From contig OZ218955.1 of the NCBI GenBank assembly GCA_965112735.1, positions 3,348,001 to 3,412,000 on the forward strand: DNA of 64,000 bases. Reading direction: 5' to 3'. Of this stretch, positions 25,801-38,483 are shown piece after piece (within the stretch, counting starts at the first letter, position 1; each line of letters starts with the position of its first letter). This DNA is from Phaeosaccion multiseriatum. Its lineage: Eukaryota > Protista > Ochrophyta, other classes. A model generated the notes under the pieces. It saw only the letters and a program-made list of their open reading frames with translations. It ran no database searches and was not told where the DNA came from. The translations under genes were made by a program, and so were the position numbers.

Positions 25801-28800
25801 GCCCGGCTGCTCCGCTTGCAGAAGGAGGTGGAGCGATCTACTCCGACGGCCGACTATACTGTGGCATGTGCCAGCTTGGAGTCCCTACGAGACGATTACT
25901 TGCACTGCTTGGAGAAGGAGGTGCACTTACGCGTTGCCAATGCCGAGAACAAGGAGGCGGTGGGTGCGCGAGAGGCGGCGGAGAGAAGGGAAGGGGAGCT
26001 CGCAAGTTTGCTTGCGGCAGCGGAGGAGCGGGCGCGTCAAGCGGAGAGGACGCTGGAGCAGGGGCGGGTTTTGCTGCAAGTGGCGGAGAAGGAAGTGATG
26101 GGCAAGCTCGCTGTAATGATGGGAGGAGGTGGAGGGGGGGTTGCAACAGGTGGCGACGACGATGACAAACTGGGGGTGGACTTTGACTTTGCCGAGACGC
26201 TGAGAGAGGCGGAGAGATGTCATAGGGAGAGCGCGGCGAGCGAGGTGCGGAGGGTGGCGGCGGAGAAGCGTCTGGAGATGGCGAGCAAGAGCCTGCAGAG
26301 GACGGACGCGGAGTCCCGTAAGCACAAGCGGAAAGCAGAGGTGTTGGACATACAGGAGAGGGAGACTCGTCGCCAATTGGAGGATACGAAGCGCGTATGT
26401 CTGGAGGTAGAGGCGAGGTACGAGGGGGGCGCGACGAGGGAGGAGGCGGAGGGGTTGCGGGAGAAGCTTCGGGGGATGGAGGAGGAGAGGGCGGGGTTGA
26501 AGAGAGATGCGGACAAATACAAGGAGATTGCCGATATTTGCTCCGAGCAGGCGCTGGCCATAAGCCACCAAAAGAGGGACCGAGAGGAGGAGGTGGGGGA
26601 GCTACGAGCGAGCTTGCTGGAGCTGGAGGGCCGCGGAGACGACGACGTGCTCATCGGCAGGTAGGAAGGAACTCCACTCGCACGGCCCGATGTTGTACTG
26701 TATCAGCACACACATCCATCCCCCCTAACGTATCGTCACTCACCACCCCCCGAACGCGTCATCACCCCTTTAACGTATGTCCACTCACTGCACCACACCA
26801 CAGACTGCAGCGCAAGCTCATGGCTATGCGTGTGGCGTATCGCTCCTTCGCACGTAAGCACGAGATGACTCGCTCCACCCTAAGGCGCAAAACGGCCTCG
26901 CTGAGGGTGCTGGAGGCACGATTGGACAAGCGTGAAGATGCCCTCCTCGACTTGCATGACGAGAGTAAGCGGCACATCGATACACTGAAACGGGCACTCG
27001 AAACCGTCGCGGAGCAAGGCCTGGGCGGCTTGAGCGCCAATGCGACGAGAGGGACACGAGGAGTAGAAGGGAGTGGTGGAGCGGTTGGTGCGAGGGAGGA
27101 AGGGGACGAGGGGGGACGTGAGTTGAACCTGGCGAGGGGGCGTGAGCTGGAGAAGCGGGTGAATGAGCTCTCGGCACTGTTGGAGGCCAAGGAGAAGGCT
27201 CTGAAGGAGACGGAGGAGGCTCGGAGACAGGCTGACATGGACGCTGAGGCTGCGGACTTGGAGAGGACCTCTGCTGAGCAGCTGCTTGTCGACCTGCGTG
27301 GGGCAGTTGGTGATACAGCAGGCGGAGGGGGAGGAGGGGGGGGTGTTGGAGGTGAGGCGGGGCGACGTATCATCGCTCTGAGTGAGGATTTGCGAGCGAC
27401 CAAAGTTGCCCAGTTGGAGGGGAATCGACATGTGGCGGCACTACGGGAGGAGAAGCGGCACTTGCAGGAGACCGTGGCCACGCAGGAGAGGGCTCTTCGT
27501 CAGCTCGAGGCCGCCCATGCCGAGGCGGAAACCGCGGCTCTTTTGGCGGGCCTGCCTGCCCAGGGCAAGGGCGAGGGCGAGGGCGAGGGCGAGACGGCGT
27601 TGAGCCAGGCTGGGCTGGAACTGGGGCTTGGGCTCGGGTTGAGGCTGGATGGGGTAGGAGGAGGAGGAGGAGGAGGAGGAGGAGGAGGAGGAGGAGGAGG
27701 AGGAGGAGGAGGAGGAGGAGGAGCAGGAGGAGGAGGAGGAGGAGCAGGAGGAGGAGGGGCAGGAGCCGCTGGCGATGGTCGGCTCGATTCGAAGCGAAGC
27801 AGCCAGCCGGGTAGCCGCAGAGGTGGAGACGCTGCGGCAGAAGAAGGAGGAGGAGGGTTGAGTCCTCGCAGTCAGGGTCGTCGCAGCATGTTATCCGAGG
27901 ACGAGCGAGCAATGATGCAGGAGGCGGCTGCGTTGTCGCCTCGTGCGGTGTCTCTGGGGTTTGGCATGAAAGGACTTGACCCTGAGGCCGCGTTGGAGAA
28001 GGTGGTTACGAGCAATAAGCGCATTGTGAGTCTCATGACTGCATTGGCGGATGTAAGGATGGAGAGGGAACAGGCACTGCATAGGCTGGAGGTGACGGAA
28101 GGGAGGTTACAGGAGGTGGAGAGGAGGGTGGACTACTACGAGCAGACAATGGATGTGGAAGGAGGAGGAGGAGGAGGAGGAGGAGGAGGAGGAGGAGGAG
28201 GGGGGGGGGGGGGCGGGGAGTACTCAAGCCGTGGTCACAGCGGCAGACGGAGGCAGAAGCACCGCAAGGAGGAGTGGCGAAACAGGCAGGCAGAGGAGCA
28301 CGGTAGGCTGCAGGAGGCAGCGAGCACCACCATCGCAAGCCTCAAGAAACTCATGGCGGAGAAGAACGCGACCATTGAGCGCTACCAAGCCAAGTTGGAG
28401 GAGGCCAGGGAGTTGGGGAGGAGGGAGGCAGCGGTGGATCGCCATGAGGTGAAGCGGCTTACAGACAAGCTCTACGAGGAGAATGTGGACGCGCTGGATC
28501 AGTTGAGGAGGGCGGCGAAACAGTTGGAGAGGAGCCCTCAGTTGGGGGCGGATGGGGTGGCATTGAATTGTCGCCTCATGGAGATGATTGAGGAGGTGAG
28601 CAGTGTGGTGGCGGAGAAGGACGAGCTCAATCGCCAGTTGGAGATCAAGCTACGTACTGCGGAGAACCAGAGGTGAGGCGATGAGAGAGGCAGAGGGAAG
28701 GAGAGGGATGGAGGAACAGAGAGAGACGGAAGGAGGGAGAGGGACGGATGGAGGTGGGCGGCGGGAAGTTGATTTGCGATTGATTTTGGTGTGTGGTGTG

Positions 28801-31800
28801 GTGTGTTGTGGTGTGGTGTGTGTATAGCTTTGGTCGCATCGCCCTCCACGTGTGCGTACCTCGTCGATCGATCGCCTGTCCTGACACTCGTAACTCGCCA
28901 TCCTGCCCCTGTCCTGAAACTCCTACTCGCCATGTGCAACAACATACCATAGGGTGCGAGCCGAGGAGCGCTGCGGGGCGGCACTTGGAGAGATGGAGGT
29001 GATGAAGACAGACATGGCGACGCTATGTGTACAACTCCAGGACGCAGAGGAGAGGGTCATCTCCGCCCTCGAAGGACAAGGAGAAGGGGATGGCAGTGGA
29101 GGGGCAGGGCCTGAGATGGCACGAAAGATGCAGGAGATGAGAAGCACCATCATCGCCAAGGATGGGAAGCTCCGGGGCCTCAGGACGGCGTTGGTGAGGC
29201 TTAAGCAAGAGTTTGTAGTGGCTCAGATGGACGGGGAAGACATCAAGGCGGGGAGGAGAGGAGAGGCAGGGGAGAGAGAGGAGGAGAGGGTGCGTAAGCT
29301 CGTGGATACGGTGAGCGACCTTCGCTACCAACTGGAGACACTGCAAGCAGGGCTCATGGAGGCCAAGGAAGATGTGGCGCAGCTCCGAAAGGCCAAGGGA
29401 CGGGCGGTGAAGGGTGCAGAGGAGGCGGGCAGGGAGAATGCTCGGCTTGTGAGTGAGGTGGCCAAGGTAGAAGGGCAGGCAGCGGGCTTGGAGGAGGACC
29501 TGACGAAGGCAAGGAGGGAGCTCGATGCCTCCAGGGAGAAGGTTCGTGGGTGTGTGTGTGGATGGGCTTGTGTGGGTGTGGGAGCTGGCTAGCTGAGTTC
29601 GTGTATGTGGATGGGCTTGTGTGGGTGTGGGAGCTGGCTGGCTGAGTTCGTGTATGTGGATGGGCTTGTGTGGGTGTGGGAGCTGGCTAGCTGAGTTCGT
29701 GTATGTGGATGGGCTTGTGTGGGAGTGGGAGCTGGCTAGCTGAGTTCGTGTATGTGGATGGGCTTGTGTGGGTGTGGGAGCTGGCTAGCTGAGTTCGTGT
29801 ATGTGGATGGGCTTGTGTGGGTGTGGGAGCTGGCTAGCTGAGTTCGTGTATGTGGATGGGCTTGTGTGGGTGTGGGAGCTGGCTAGCTGGCCGGGGGTAG
29901 TGGGGCCTTGAGACGAGGGGAAGGGTGTGTGTATGTGTGTGTGTGTGAGCGTGTGAGCGTGTGAGCGTGTGAGCGTGTGGTTGTGTGTGTATGTCCCCCC
30001 CCCTCCCTCTCCCTCTCCTCCCCTCTCTGTCCTTCCCACCTCTCTCTCTCACCCTCACTCACCTCTGCCTCCCCCACTCCGCATCGCTTCAGGAGCACCG
30101 GCTGAAGCTTCGCCTGAAGGAAGTATCTGCAGCTGGAGGAGGAGGAGGAGGAGAGAGGCAGCGCAGAGGCAAGAAGAGAAGAGGAGGAGGAGGCGGCGGC
30201 GGCGAGAGTAAGGACGGAGACCTCGACAGCAGTGGCGACTACTCCGATGAATATGGCAATGAAGCAGGGAGCCCCAATGGTAGCGCCAGCAACAGTGGGG
30301 CAGCGGCTAAGAAGTCTCGCGTGTCTCAATTGGAGAGGCAGGTCCAAACCCTCTCCTCACAGAATGCGGCGCTCAGGAGCGCACTGGGAGGGGCTATGGG
30401 AGGGGGTGGGGCTACAAAGGGGGTGTCTTCACTGGCGGCTGGGCCGGGGGGAGGGGGAGGAGGAGCGACGGAGGGGAAGGAAGGGACGAACAAGGTGACG
30501 AGGGCCGCGCAGCACCGCTCGTGGGAGTTGGAGAAGAAGGTGCGTGTGTGTGTGCGTGTGTGCGTGTGTGCGTGTGTGTGTGTGTGTATGGACGTGGGAC
30601 GAGGCGCAAAGACCGGTCTTTCTCCTCCCCCATGAACCCAGGACATGTGTTGATCGAATCCTCCCCCTTCCTCCCCTCCCTCCCTCCCTCCCTCCCTCCC
30701 ACTCACCTCACACTCAGCTCAAGCGAAGGGTGGAGACTCTCGAGAAGCGACTCGACGAGAAGTCGCTCGAGTTAGAGGCCGCAGAGGGACAGGCAGCACA
30801 GGCCAGAGACCTGCTGCAGCGAGCCAACAGAGACAAGGAGAACTACCAAAGGAGGCTGCAGGCGGCGGGCAAGGGGGCAGATCAAGCCAAGAAACTCACT
30901 GCCGCCGAGATGTAAGTCAGTCAGTCAGTCAGTCAGTCACTCAGTCAGTTAGTTGAGCAGGCAGGCGTGCAGGTAGACAGAAAGGCAGACAGGCAGACAG
31001 AAAGGCAGGCAGTCATCCACTCGCACCACCACATCACTTTACTCACTTCACTCCTTTCCTTATTCACTCACGCGCGCACGCACGCACACACGCACGCACG
31101 CGCTCACAGGGGCCAGCTGGAGGAGGCGAGGGCAAGTGTGTTTGCCTTAGAGGAGGAGAATGCGAAGCTCAAGAAGGCCAATGAAGTGGAGCTGCCGAGG
31201 GAGTTAGAGCAGCTAAGATTTGATATCCGCACTTTGAGGCAGCATGTCGACGACTTGGAGCGAGAGCTACACGAGAGCAAGCGAAGGACGACTGCACTCG
31301 CGGCTGCGGCGGCAGGAGGAGGAGGAGGAGGAGGGAGGAGGCTGGGGAGTGGGGGTGCTGAAGACGGTGATGGGCAGGAAGGGGCCTTTGTTCGAGAGGA
31401 GGAGAGGGCCTTCCACGAGCTTGAAGCAATGAGGGATGAGCTCCACGGAGCCAAGCGACGCAGGAGGGAGCTCGAGGGTGCGTTGTTGGAGAGGGATGCA
31501 CTCAATATGGAGCTTCGCTTCGACATGGAGGCACAAGGGGTGGAACTGGAGAGGGTCAAGAGGAGGATGGGAGAGCTTTCGGCAGGGCTGCAGGCTGCCA
31601 ACTTGGTGTCAGGTGAGGGGAGGGGGAGGGAGGGAGGGAGAGAGGAAGGGAGGGAGGGACGAACGCGGTCAGGTGAGGGGAGGGGGAGGGAGGGAGGGAG
31701 GGAGGGAGGGAGGGACGAACGCGGAGGGGGGGATAGGAGGAGAGAGGGGGGCGAGGGAGGCAGGAACGAGTCCGTGTGAGGCCTTCCTTTCGTCCGCTCA

Positions 31801-33305
31801 CATCTTATGTGTGCCTTTCTTCTCTCCACCACCAACCCCTCCCCCCATCCACTCAATCCGATCCTCTCTCTCTCCCTCCTCTGTGTGAAACGAACGAACA
31901 AACCCTTTACAGGTGTAGCAGGAGGCGGCGTCTCTAGCGCAGGAGCGGGCAGCCTGACCACTGGCACCAGGGGGGCTGGGGGACGCTTCAAGAGGGAGCG
32001 CGATTTGGAAGGCGTGGTGGACGCTTTGAAGCGTGTGGTGGAGAAGGTTCGAGGGGAGAACGATCGGCTACGGAGGGGGGCGGCGGAAGGTGCCAAGACT
32101 GCGGAGCTCGAGAAGAGGATGAGAGATGCCAAGCATAGGGCAGGGCAGCTGCAGGTGGGTGGGTGGCTGGGAGGAAGGAAGGGAGGGAGGGAGGGAGGTA
32201 AGGGGGAAGGGAGGGGTGGGGTGGGCAGCGATGGCGGCATAATCTGCGGTATGCTTCCCATCTCTCACGCTGACACATACACACAAACACACACACGCAC
32301 CCTCCCTCCCTCCCTCCCTCCCTCCCCTCTCTCCCCTCTCTCCCCCCCACCACAGGAGGAGGTGATGAAGCTCCGTAGCAAGGCCTCAGCCGGAGACGAC
32401 GCCATCCAGCGCTTGGCGCAGAAGCAAGATCTTATCAATCAGCTCCGACGGCAGCTCAAGAGCAGGGAGGAGGACGAGCGGGCGGTCAAGAAGAGGTCAG
32501 TAGCAGCAGCATCACAGAAGACGACGACGACAATGGAGATTAGAGCTCCCAAACCTCTCCCTCCCTCCGGGCCCCTTGGTTCTGTTCCTAGGCTCGCTCG
32601 CTCATCACTTACATCCCATACACCTCCACCATGCCTTCCGTACGTATCTCGCCCATATGCCTCCACTATCCCCTCCCGCATCCCCCCCCATACGCGTCTT
32701 GATTATATACCGTATGTCCTGCAACAACAACACTCACGCGCGCGCGCACACACACACACACACGCTGCAATGACAGATTGGACGAGGTGTCCGTGGGGCG
32801 AGAGCTCATCGCCAAAGAGCTCGAAGAGGCCAACCAAAGGCTCTCGAGCGTAGACAGGAGGGGCATGACCCTCGCTCGCTCCTCAGGCCATAACCAGAAT
32901 CAGAATCAGAATCAGAACCAGAGGAGAGGGGAGGAGCGGCAGCAGGGGGAGTATCGGCAGGAGAGATACGGTGGGAATGCGGCTGTTGTGCATCCATATG
33001 ATGGTTCAGATGGCAACGATGTTGATGCTCAAGAGCGGATCAAGGCGCTGACGGCGGAGGTGAATGACCAACGCGTGATGATCAGAGACCTCAAGGCCGT
33101 GGCGCTGGCGGGCACGGGAGGGGGACAGCTCGTTGCCGTGGAGCAGGAGGTGAAGGAGTTGAGGCAGCGACTCGCAGAGGTGAGTTGCAGTTGCAAATTT
33201 ATAGACCTCTCGACTGGGAGGATCATAGAGGGAGAGAGGGAGAGAGAGAGAGGACGTGACGAGAGCACGCCGCCCCTCCTGACTTACCCTCTCATGTTAC
33301 GTGTG

Positions 33306-33338
<33 letters not shown>

Positions 33339-33779
33339 TATATTATATATATATATATATGTATATATATATTTATATATATATATGTGTGTGTGTGCCT
33401 GTTTGTGTGTGTGCGCGTGCCGTCCCTGCATCAGGCGGAGAGAGAGCGCAGTCGACAGGCGAGGAGGATGGACCCGCCCGGGGGAGACTCCTCTGCCGTG
33501 TCTGCTGCCATCGCCAGGGACAATCAACTTCTGCAGCAGGAAAACGCCAAGCTCAGAGAGGTAGGGCATGTGTGTGTGGGTGAGTGTTTGCCATCCTGCT
33601 CTCCTTCTGACTCCCCATCCCCCTTCCCTTCCCATCCACTGCCATCCACTGCCATTCTTGTGCTGATGCAGGAGTTGGGTGCGTTTGACGCGTCCTTCTT
33701 TGAGGAGATTGAAGATCTCAAGTTTGAGTACGCCAGTGCCGTCAAGAAGCTCAGGCAGTACGAGCAGCGCCAGCAGTAG
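19877..33779 (+). CDS. CEP290: Centrosomal/transition-zone protein CEP290. 20 exons: 19877-20206, 20535-20786, 21038-21237, 21385-21532, 21873-22100, 22456-22572, 22787-22920, 23069-23216, 23325-25112, 25405-26660, 26804-28672, 28953-29541, 30093-30539, 30718-30911, 31110-31612, 31913-32154, 32356-32495, 32777-33179, 33435-33560, 33672-33779 (about 3070 aa)
   Basis: Long coiled coil with CEP290 landmarks in the expected order: YEAGHGLVEAV, ERLKLMQRMR, RKCMVHEVNSAVLARKYTSL, KYKEIADICSEQ, DDDVLIGRLQ, TIASLKKLMAEKNATIERYQ, WELEKK, LKRVVEKVRGENDRL and the terminal ELGAFDASFFEEIEDLKFEY. All splice phases are consistent. The true start could lie further upstream. Confidence 0.93.
29555..29890. repeat. 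Intronic minisatellite, 49-bp unit (GCTAGCTGAGTTCGTGTATGTGGATGGGCTTGTGTGGGTGTGGGAGCTG) x ~6.5
   Basis: Near-identical units at period 49 (for example GGAGCTGGCT at 29581 and 29630) inside CEP290 intron 12. Confidence 0.95.
33300..33390. repeat. (TA)n microsatellite in a CEP290 intron
   Basis: Directly visible; the only long AT-rich simple repeat in the window. Confidence 0.9.
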
Positions 33780-34139
33780 AGCAGTTGGTGATACAGCGGC
33801 AGCAGTAGAAGAGGGAGTAGCGATGGAGGGAGGGGGCGGGTAGTAGGAGGCAAGCGTGATGATGGACGGGCGAAAAGCGAAAAGAGAGCAAGGGGGGGGG
33901 GGTGCTTATCTTCATTAGTTCAGTCAGGCAGAGAATTGAAACACACCGTGATTGTCATGAGTAACATAAGTATATCATGTCTTTTGATTTTAGAATATAC
34001 GATTGCTTTTTATCCTAGACGCTATGGAAACACACCACAGCCTGGCGACTTCCCCTTTATGTAGCCCCAAACGCTTTGCCACCCGACCACGGCTTACAGC
34101 TTGAAGTTTGGAACCTCCTCCCGTCCGCCTCACCACTGC

Positions 34140-37100
34140 TCACCGCATCGGCGCGACTCGCTGAATCGCAGCGTCGATGGCCTGCGTGAGAGCGCCGTAC
34201 AGACCAGCCACGTCATTGCTGCCACCTCCTCCTCCCTCCTCCCCTAGTTGCTGCTGCTCCTCTGCCTGCTGCTGCTGTTGCTGCTCCTGAAGTGCTACAG
34301 GCCCGCCCGCCGTCATGCTGCTGCCACTCCTGCTGTCATGCTGCTCCTCGTCCAGGAGGCACCTCGCAACGAGCATATCCCCCAACTCCCTCTCCCTCCC
34401 TCCCCCCCTCATCGCCACCAGGCCTCGCAGCCCCTCCAGCGCCGCTCGGCCCTCCCTTGAGGTCCTGACACCTTCCACCACCGCTGCGCTCCATCGTGAC
34501 ACCTCTCTGGGGGGGATACCGTCACTGCTGCTGCTGTTGGCGCTACGGGGAGTCGTCGCCGATCGAATACGCCGAAGGAGCGCCGCCGAGGCGGGCGAAG
34601 AAGCTGAAACCGCGGAGGACTCTTTGTGCCGCTGCAGGGCGCTCGTAACCCTTCCCGAGAGAAGCGTGACAAGGAGCACGAGCGCGCTATCGTCGTCGAC
34701 AGCCTGTGAATGGGGTAGTAAGGCAACGAGGCAGCGAGGAAAATGGTGTGAGAAGATTAAGAGAGAGACTGCCTTTGGTGATGCGGGGATACCCTCACAG
34801 CCAAGCCCCATCCACTGCCATCCACTATTCCTCCTCTCTCGTACCGTGGTGGTACCGTGCCCCCAGCTTCCCACCCCCCCTCCTGCCTTCTGCCTCCCCC
34901 ACACGCACCCACGTACACACGCACCTTTCCCTCCTCCTCCTGCACCCCCAATGTGCCCTGCATAGCCTGCTCAAAGAGAGCTCCTCGCGTCCCATCCAGC
35001 CCTGTCTCGTCCATCGAGTCAATGCCAAACTGTTGAGCAAGCTCCGTTGCTTGCCTCTCCTTCCTCGCACTTAGACCCTTTCTGCTCACACTGGCAGCCA
35101 ACTCGCGCAGAGGAGAGGGTAGAGTGGAGCCGCCGGCTGATGTGTGGCTGCCTTGACATACGTCTATGGCGGGGAAGGCGCGAGAGGCCGCTAGCTCACT
35201 GTCTAGTTCGATGCTGCAGTCGCTGTTTGAGTGAGAGCGACACACCGTTACAGAAGAAGGGACAGCGGATGCAACGACAAAACACACGCGAGCACAACAA
35301 ACATGCACACAGATACACACGCACACACAAACGCACATAACGTTTAGGGCAGCCGCTATGCAGCAATAGGAGTGGAGATACACAGGATGGAATGGGAGAT
35401 AAAATAGGTGAGACATACAAAGTTGAGACACATGTAGAGGGGATACAAACCCAAACACATGACATGACGAAACACTTTGCTATTATGAAAGATTAAGTAA
35501 CCAAACGAGATAAGCCAAACACATGACATGTACGATAGAGTCTTGGCAGTGGGTCATGGGTAGTGGGTAGTGGGTAGGGGAATGGGCATTGGGTATTGGA
35601 TATGGCACCCAAGCTGTCCTGCTTCTCCCCCCGCCTTACCTCATGACAGCGATATCGGGCCCTCCTCCGAGCAGCATTGTGGTCATTGAACCACCCCCCC
35701 GGGACAGCGCCTAATCCGATGGGAATGGAGGGAGGGGAGGGAGGGGGGGTCCTTTCTTAGTACTACGTAGTACAAAGGGCAACGCGATATATCGCCCTGC
35801 ACATCAATGCTCTACAGCTGTACTCCATACTCGATACTGTATATCGATGCTCACCTGCTGTGCCGCGGCATCGGCGAGTGGTCCGTAGAGAGAGGCGTTG
35901 GTGGCGGGGTGCCACGAGCGGGCAGTCACCTCCTGAGGGGTGTCAGGACAGAGGGGTGAGGAGTGTCAGGACAGAGACGTGAGGGGTGTCAGGACCGAGG
36001 GGTGCGGGGTATCAGGATGGAGGGTGAGAGGTGTCAGGACAAGGGGTGCGGGGTGTCAGGACAGAGGGTGAGGAGCGGGCGTCAGCTCCTGGGGAATGTC
36101 AGGACAGAGGGGTGAAGAGTGTCAGGACAGAGGGGTGAGGGGTGTCAGGACCGAGGGGTGAGGGATGTCAGCACAGAGGGTGAGGGGTTGAGGACAAGGG
36201 GTGAGGGGTAAGTTTCAGGACATTAGTAGGAGGGGGCAGTACTCCTGAGAAAGAAAAAGGGCCATCATGCAACCAACCACACGCACACACACACACATAC
36301 ACACACACACGCACACACATACACACACACACCCACACACACACACACACACACACGCACACACACGCACACACACACATACACACACATACACACACAC
36401 ATACACACACACACACGCACACGCACACATACACACACACCCAATCACACAATCACACACACGTTCACACGCCCACACACACCATAGAACCAAGGCACTG
36501 CTGGAACATACGCGTACGTAAGACGCGTACGTAGGACGCAGAAGTTAGACGAGTACGTATGTACCTGCGTGGCTGCGGAATGCCCTCCGATGTCATCGAT
36601 GACGAGCAGTGCGTGCCCCCCTGAGAGGCGATGCTGCTCCGCCATTAGCAGGCCCAGCTGAGGGGACAGGTACTGATAGAGACGGGGGGGAGGGAGGAAG
36701 GGGAGGCGGTGGGGATGAGGAATCGGTTGAATGAAAAACAGTCTTACTCTTAAAAGTCAACTCAAAGAAATACCCTTCGTCATAAGGTTACGTACCATAG
36801 AGGCGGGTGTGGCCTCGTCCTGAGTGGCGACGATGACCGCCGTGTGGTCCATCGCTCCCCGGGCCCGTAGCTGCCCTACGGCTCTCTGAGCGGCTGCCCG
36901 GCTGCCACCCACCAACACAAGGACGCAAAGGCACGGCTCCTCCTCCTCCTTCTCTGTGTCTGTGTTTGCCATCGCCCCTGCTGCCCGCTGCTGGCTCTGC
37001 TCACTCTGCTGCTGACTAGCGATGATGTCTAGGGCTAAGGTCGTTTTTCCGGTGCCTTCCTCTCCGGTGATGGACACGCTCTGCCCTCGCATGAGGGGGC

Positions 37101-38371
37101 GCAGCACATCAACGGCCTTGAGGCCTGAGGACAGGAGCAAGTGGATAGGATAGGCATGGTGAGGGGGGCACCCACCCAACAAGCAGCAGCAGCAGCAGCA
37201 GCAAGGGAGGGGGGGGAGGGATGGACGGATGCTACGAATCGGAGTTGGTTCTTCACACTGGATCACAGTTTCAGTTTTGGATCCTTAAGGTGGACAGAAT
37301 CACTCTCTCACTTGTGCGCAGGCGGTGCGTGAGAGCACCTCTGGTGCAGGGTGAGACGGAGCGATTGTTGTTCAGCGTCACTTGTCGCACTCGCGAGGAC
37401 ATCAGGTGCATCGCTGCTGCTGTACCACCAAATGCTGCTGCTGCTCCTCCTCCTGCCTCTTCTCCTTGTCCTTCCTGTTCTTCTGGTGCTGCCCCATGCG
37501 CCATCCATTCCTCCAGAATATTCCCCTATGTAGTGTAAGCCCACGCAGAGAGAGAGGGGGGGGGGGAGGGGATTCGGGATAAAGGGAGAGGAGTGAGGGA
37601 AGGGCAAGAGGACAATGGAAGACACGAGAGAGGATGTACTACAGAGCCCGTGTCAGCAACAACGAGACACTGTTATCACGTACGCCTGCGTCTTACTGCC
37701 ATGAGGACACGGACAACCAACGGCCGTACCTCTACGTCGAACACGCACCCCAGTGCGCTACCGAGCTCTGGCAAGATGATTCCCTCCCCCTCCTCGGCCA
37801 GACGCACGCCTGAGCCTGCCCCGGCGCCGACAGATGCCGCTGCTGTCGAGCCCAGCCAACCCACCGTAACTCGGTCTTTCTCTAGCTTCAGAACCACTCC
37901 TTGGCTTGATACGCCATCAGGAGCCTCGTCCTCCTCCTCCTCCCCTCTCCCAGTGAGCAGTACCAAGTCTCCCAGCCGAGCCGAGGTCAGGCCCGTGCAG
38001 ACGGACACTGTCGCCTGGGTGGAAGTGATGGTACCTGGAGAAAGGGTGCGTGTGCATACGTTAGCGTCGGGAAAGGGCGGAGAGGGTGCAGAGCAAGAAA
38101 GGGAGAGTACTTTACCTCTCGTGGGTGCTTCCTCCACGTTTCCCAGCAAGATATCGACTAAAAAGTCTTCCTCCTCTGCTCCTGCCTGCTGCAGCTGCTC
38201 TTGCTCTTGCTGTAGCACCTTACTGGAAAAGGCCCTCTTCGGAGATTTTTTTATTGAGTTCGTGTGAAGGCTGCTGCCGCTGGCAACTGCTGCAGAGGCA
38301 CGATTGCCTGCCGCAGCTCTGCTGGCCACCGCCGTCACCCTCGCCAGCAAAGGCCTGCATCTCGTCCCCAT
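34140..38371 (-). CDS. Divergent F1-ATPase alpha-subunit paralogue with a mitochondrial-type presequence; exons 38371-37730, 37525-37312, 37124-36796, 36672-36565, 35932-35855, 35710-35640, 35222-34925, 34703-34140
   Basis: Alpha-family motifs appear in order: GVVLKLEKDRV, LGCVFDVEGNIL, RLRTSLKAVDVLRPLMRGQSVSITGEEGTGKTTLALDII (Walker A), CVLVLVG, GAMDHTAVIVAT, YLSP, GGHALLVIDD (Walker B), GGGSMT and SDCSIELD...FPAIDV. The N-terminus is Arg/Ala/Ser-rich, lacks acidic residues and ends KRAFSS. Confidence 0.8.
35933..36225. repeat. Intronic minisatellite, about 22-24-bp unit (GGGGTGAGGGGTGTCAGGACAGA) x ~12, abutting a splice acceptor
   Basis: Repeated GTGTCAGGAC cores are visible from 35940 to about 36220. 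Confidence 0.9.
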
Positions 38372-38483
38372 TCTTTTGCAGCGTCCTTCTTATTTGTGTG
38401 GATTCCACCCCTCTTTGCGTGTTGGTGCACCGCGTATACACAGTTCACACATGAACGATGAACTCAAAGTCTCTTCGTGAAGC

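Noticed and set aside
29555-29890. Possible CRISPR-like array
   Set aside because: Units are contiguous with no unique spacers, the array lies inside a spliceosomal intron, and there are no cas genes.
34140-38371. Type III secretion/flagellar ATPase or bacterial contamination
   Set aside because: It has spliceosomal introns, a mitochondrial-type presequence and alpha-like motifs (KTTLALDII, GAMDHT, YLSP, HALLVIDD).
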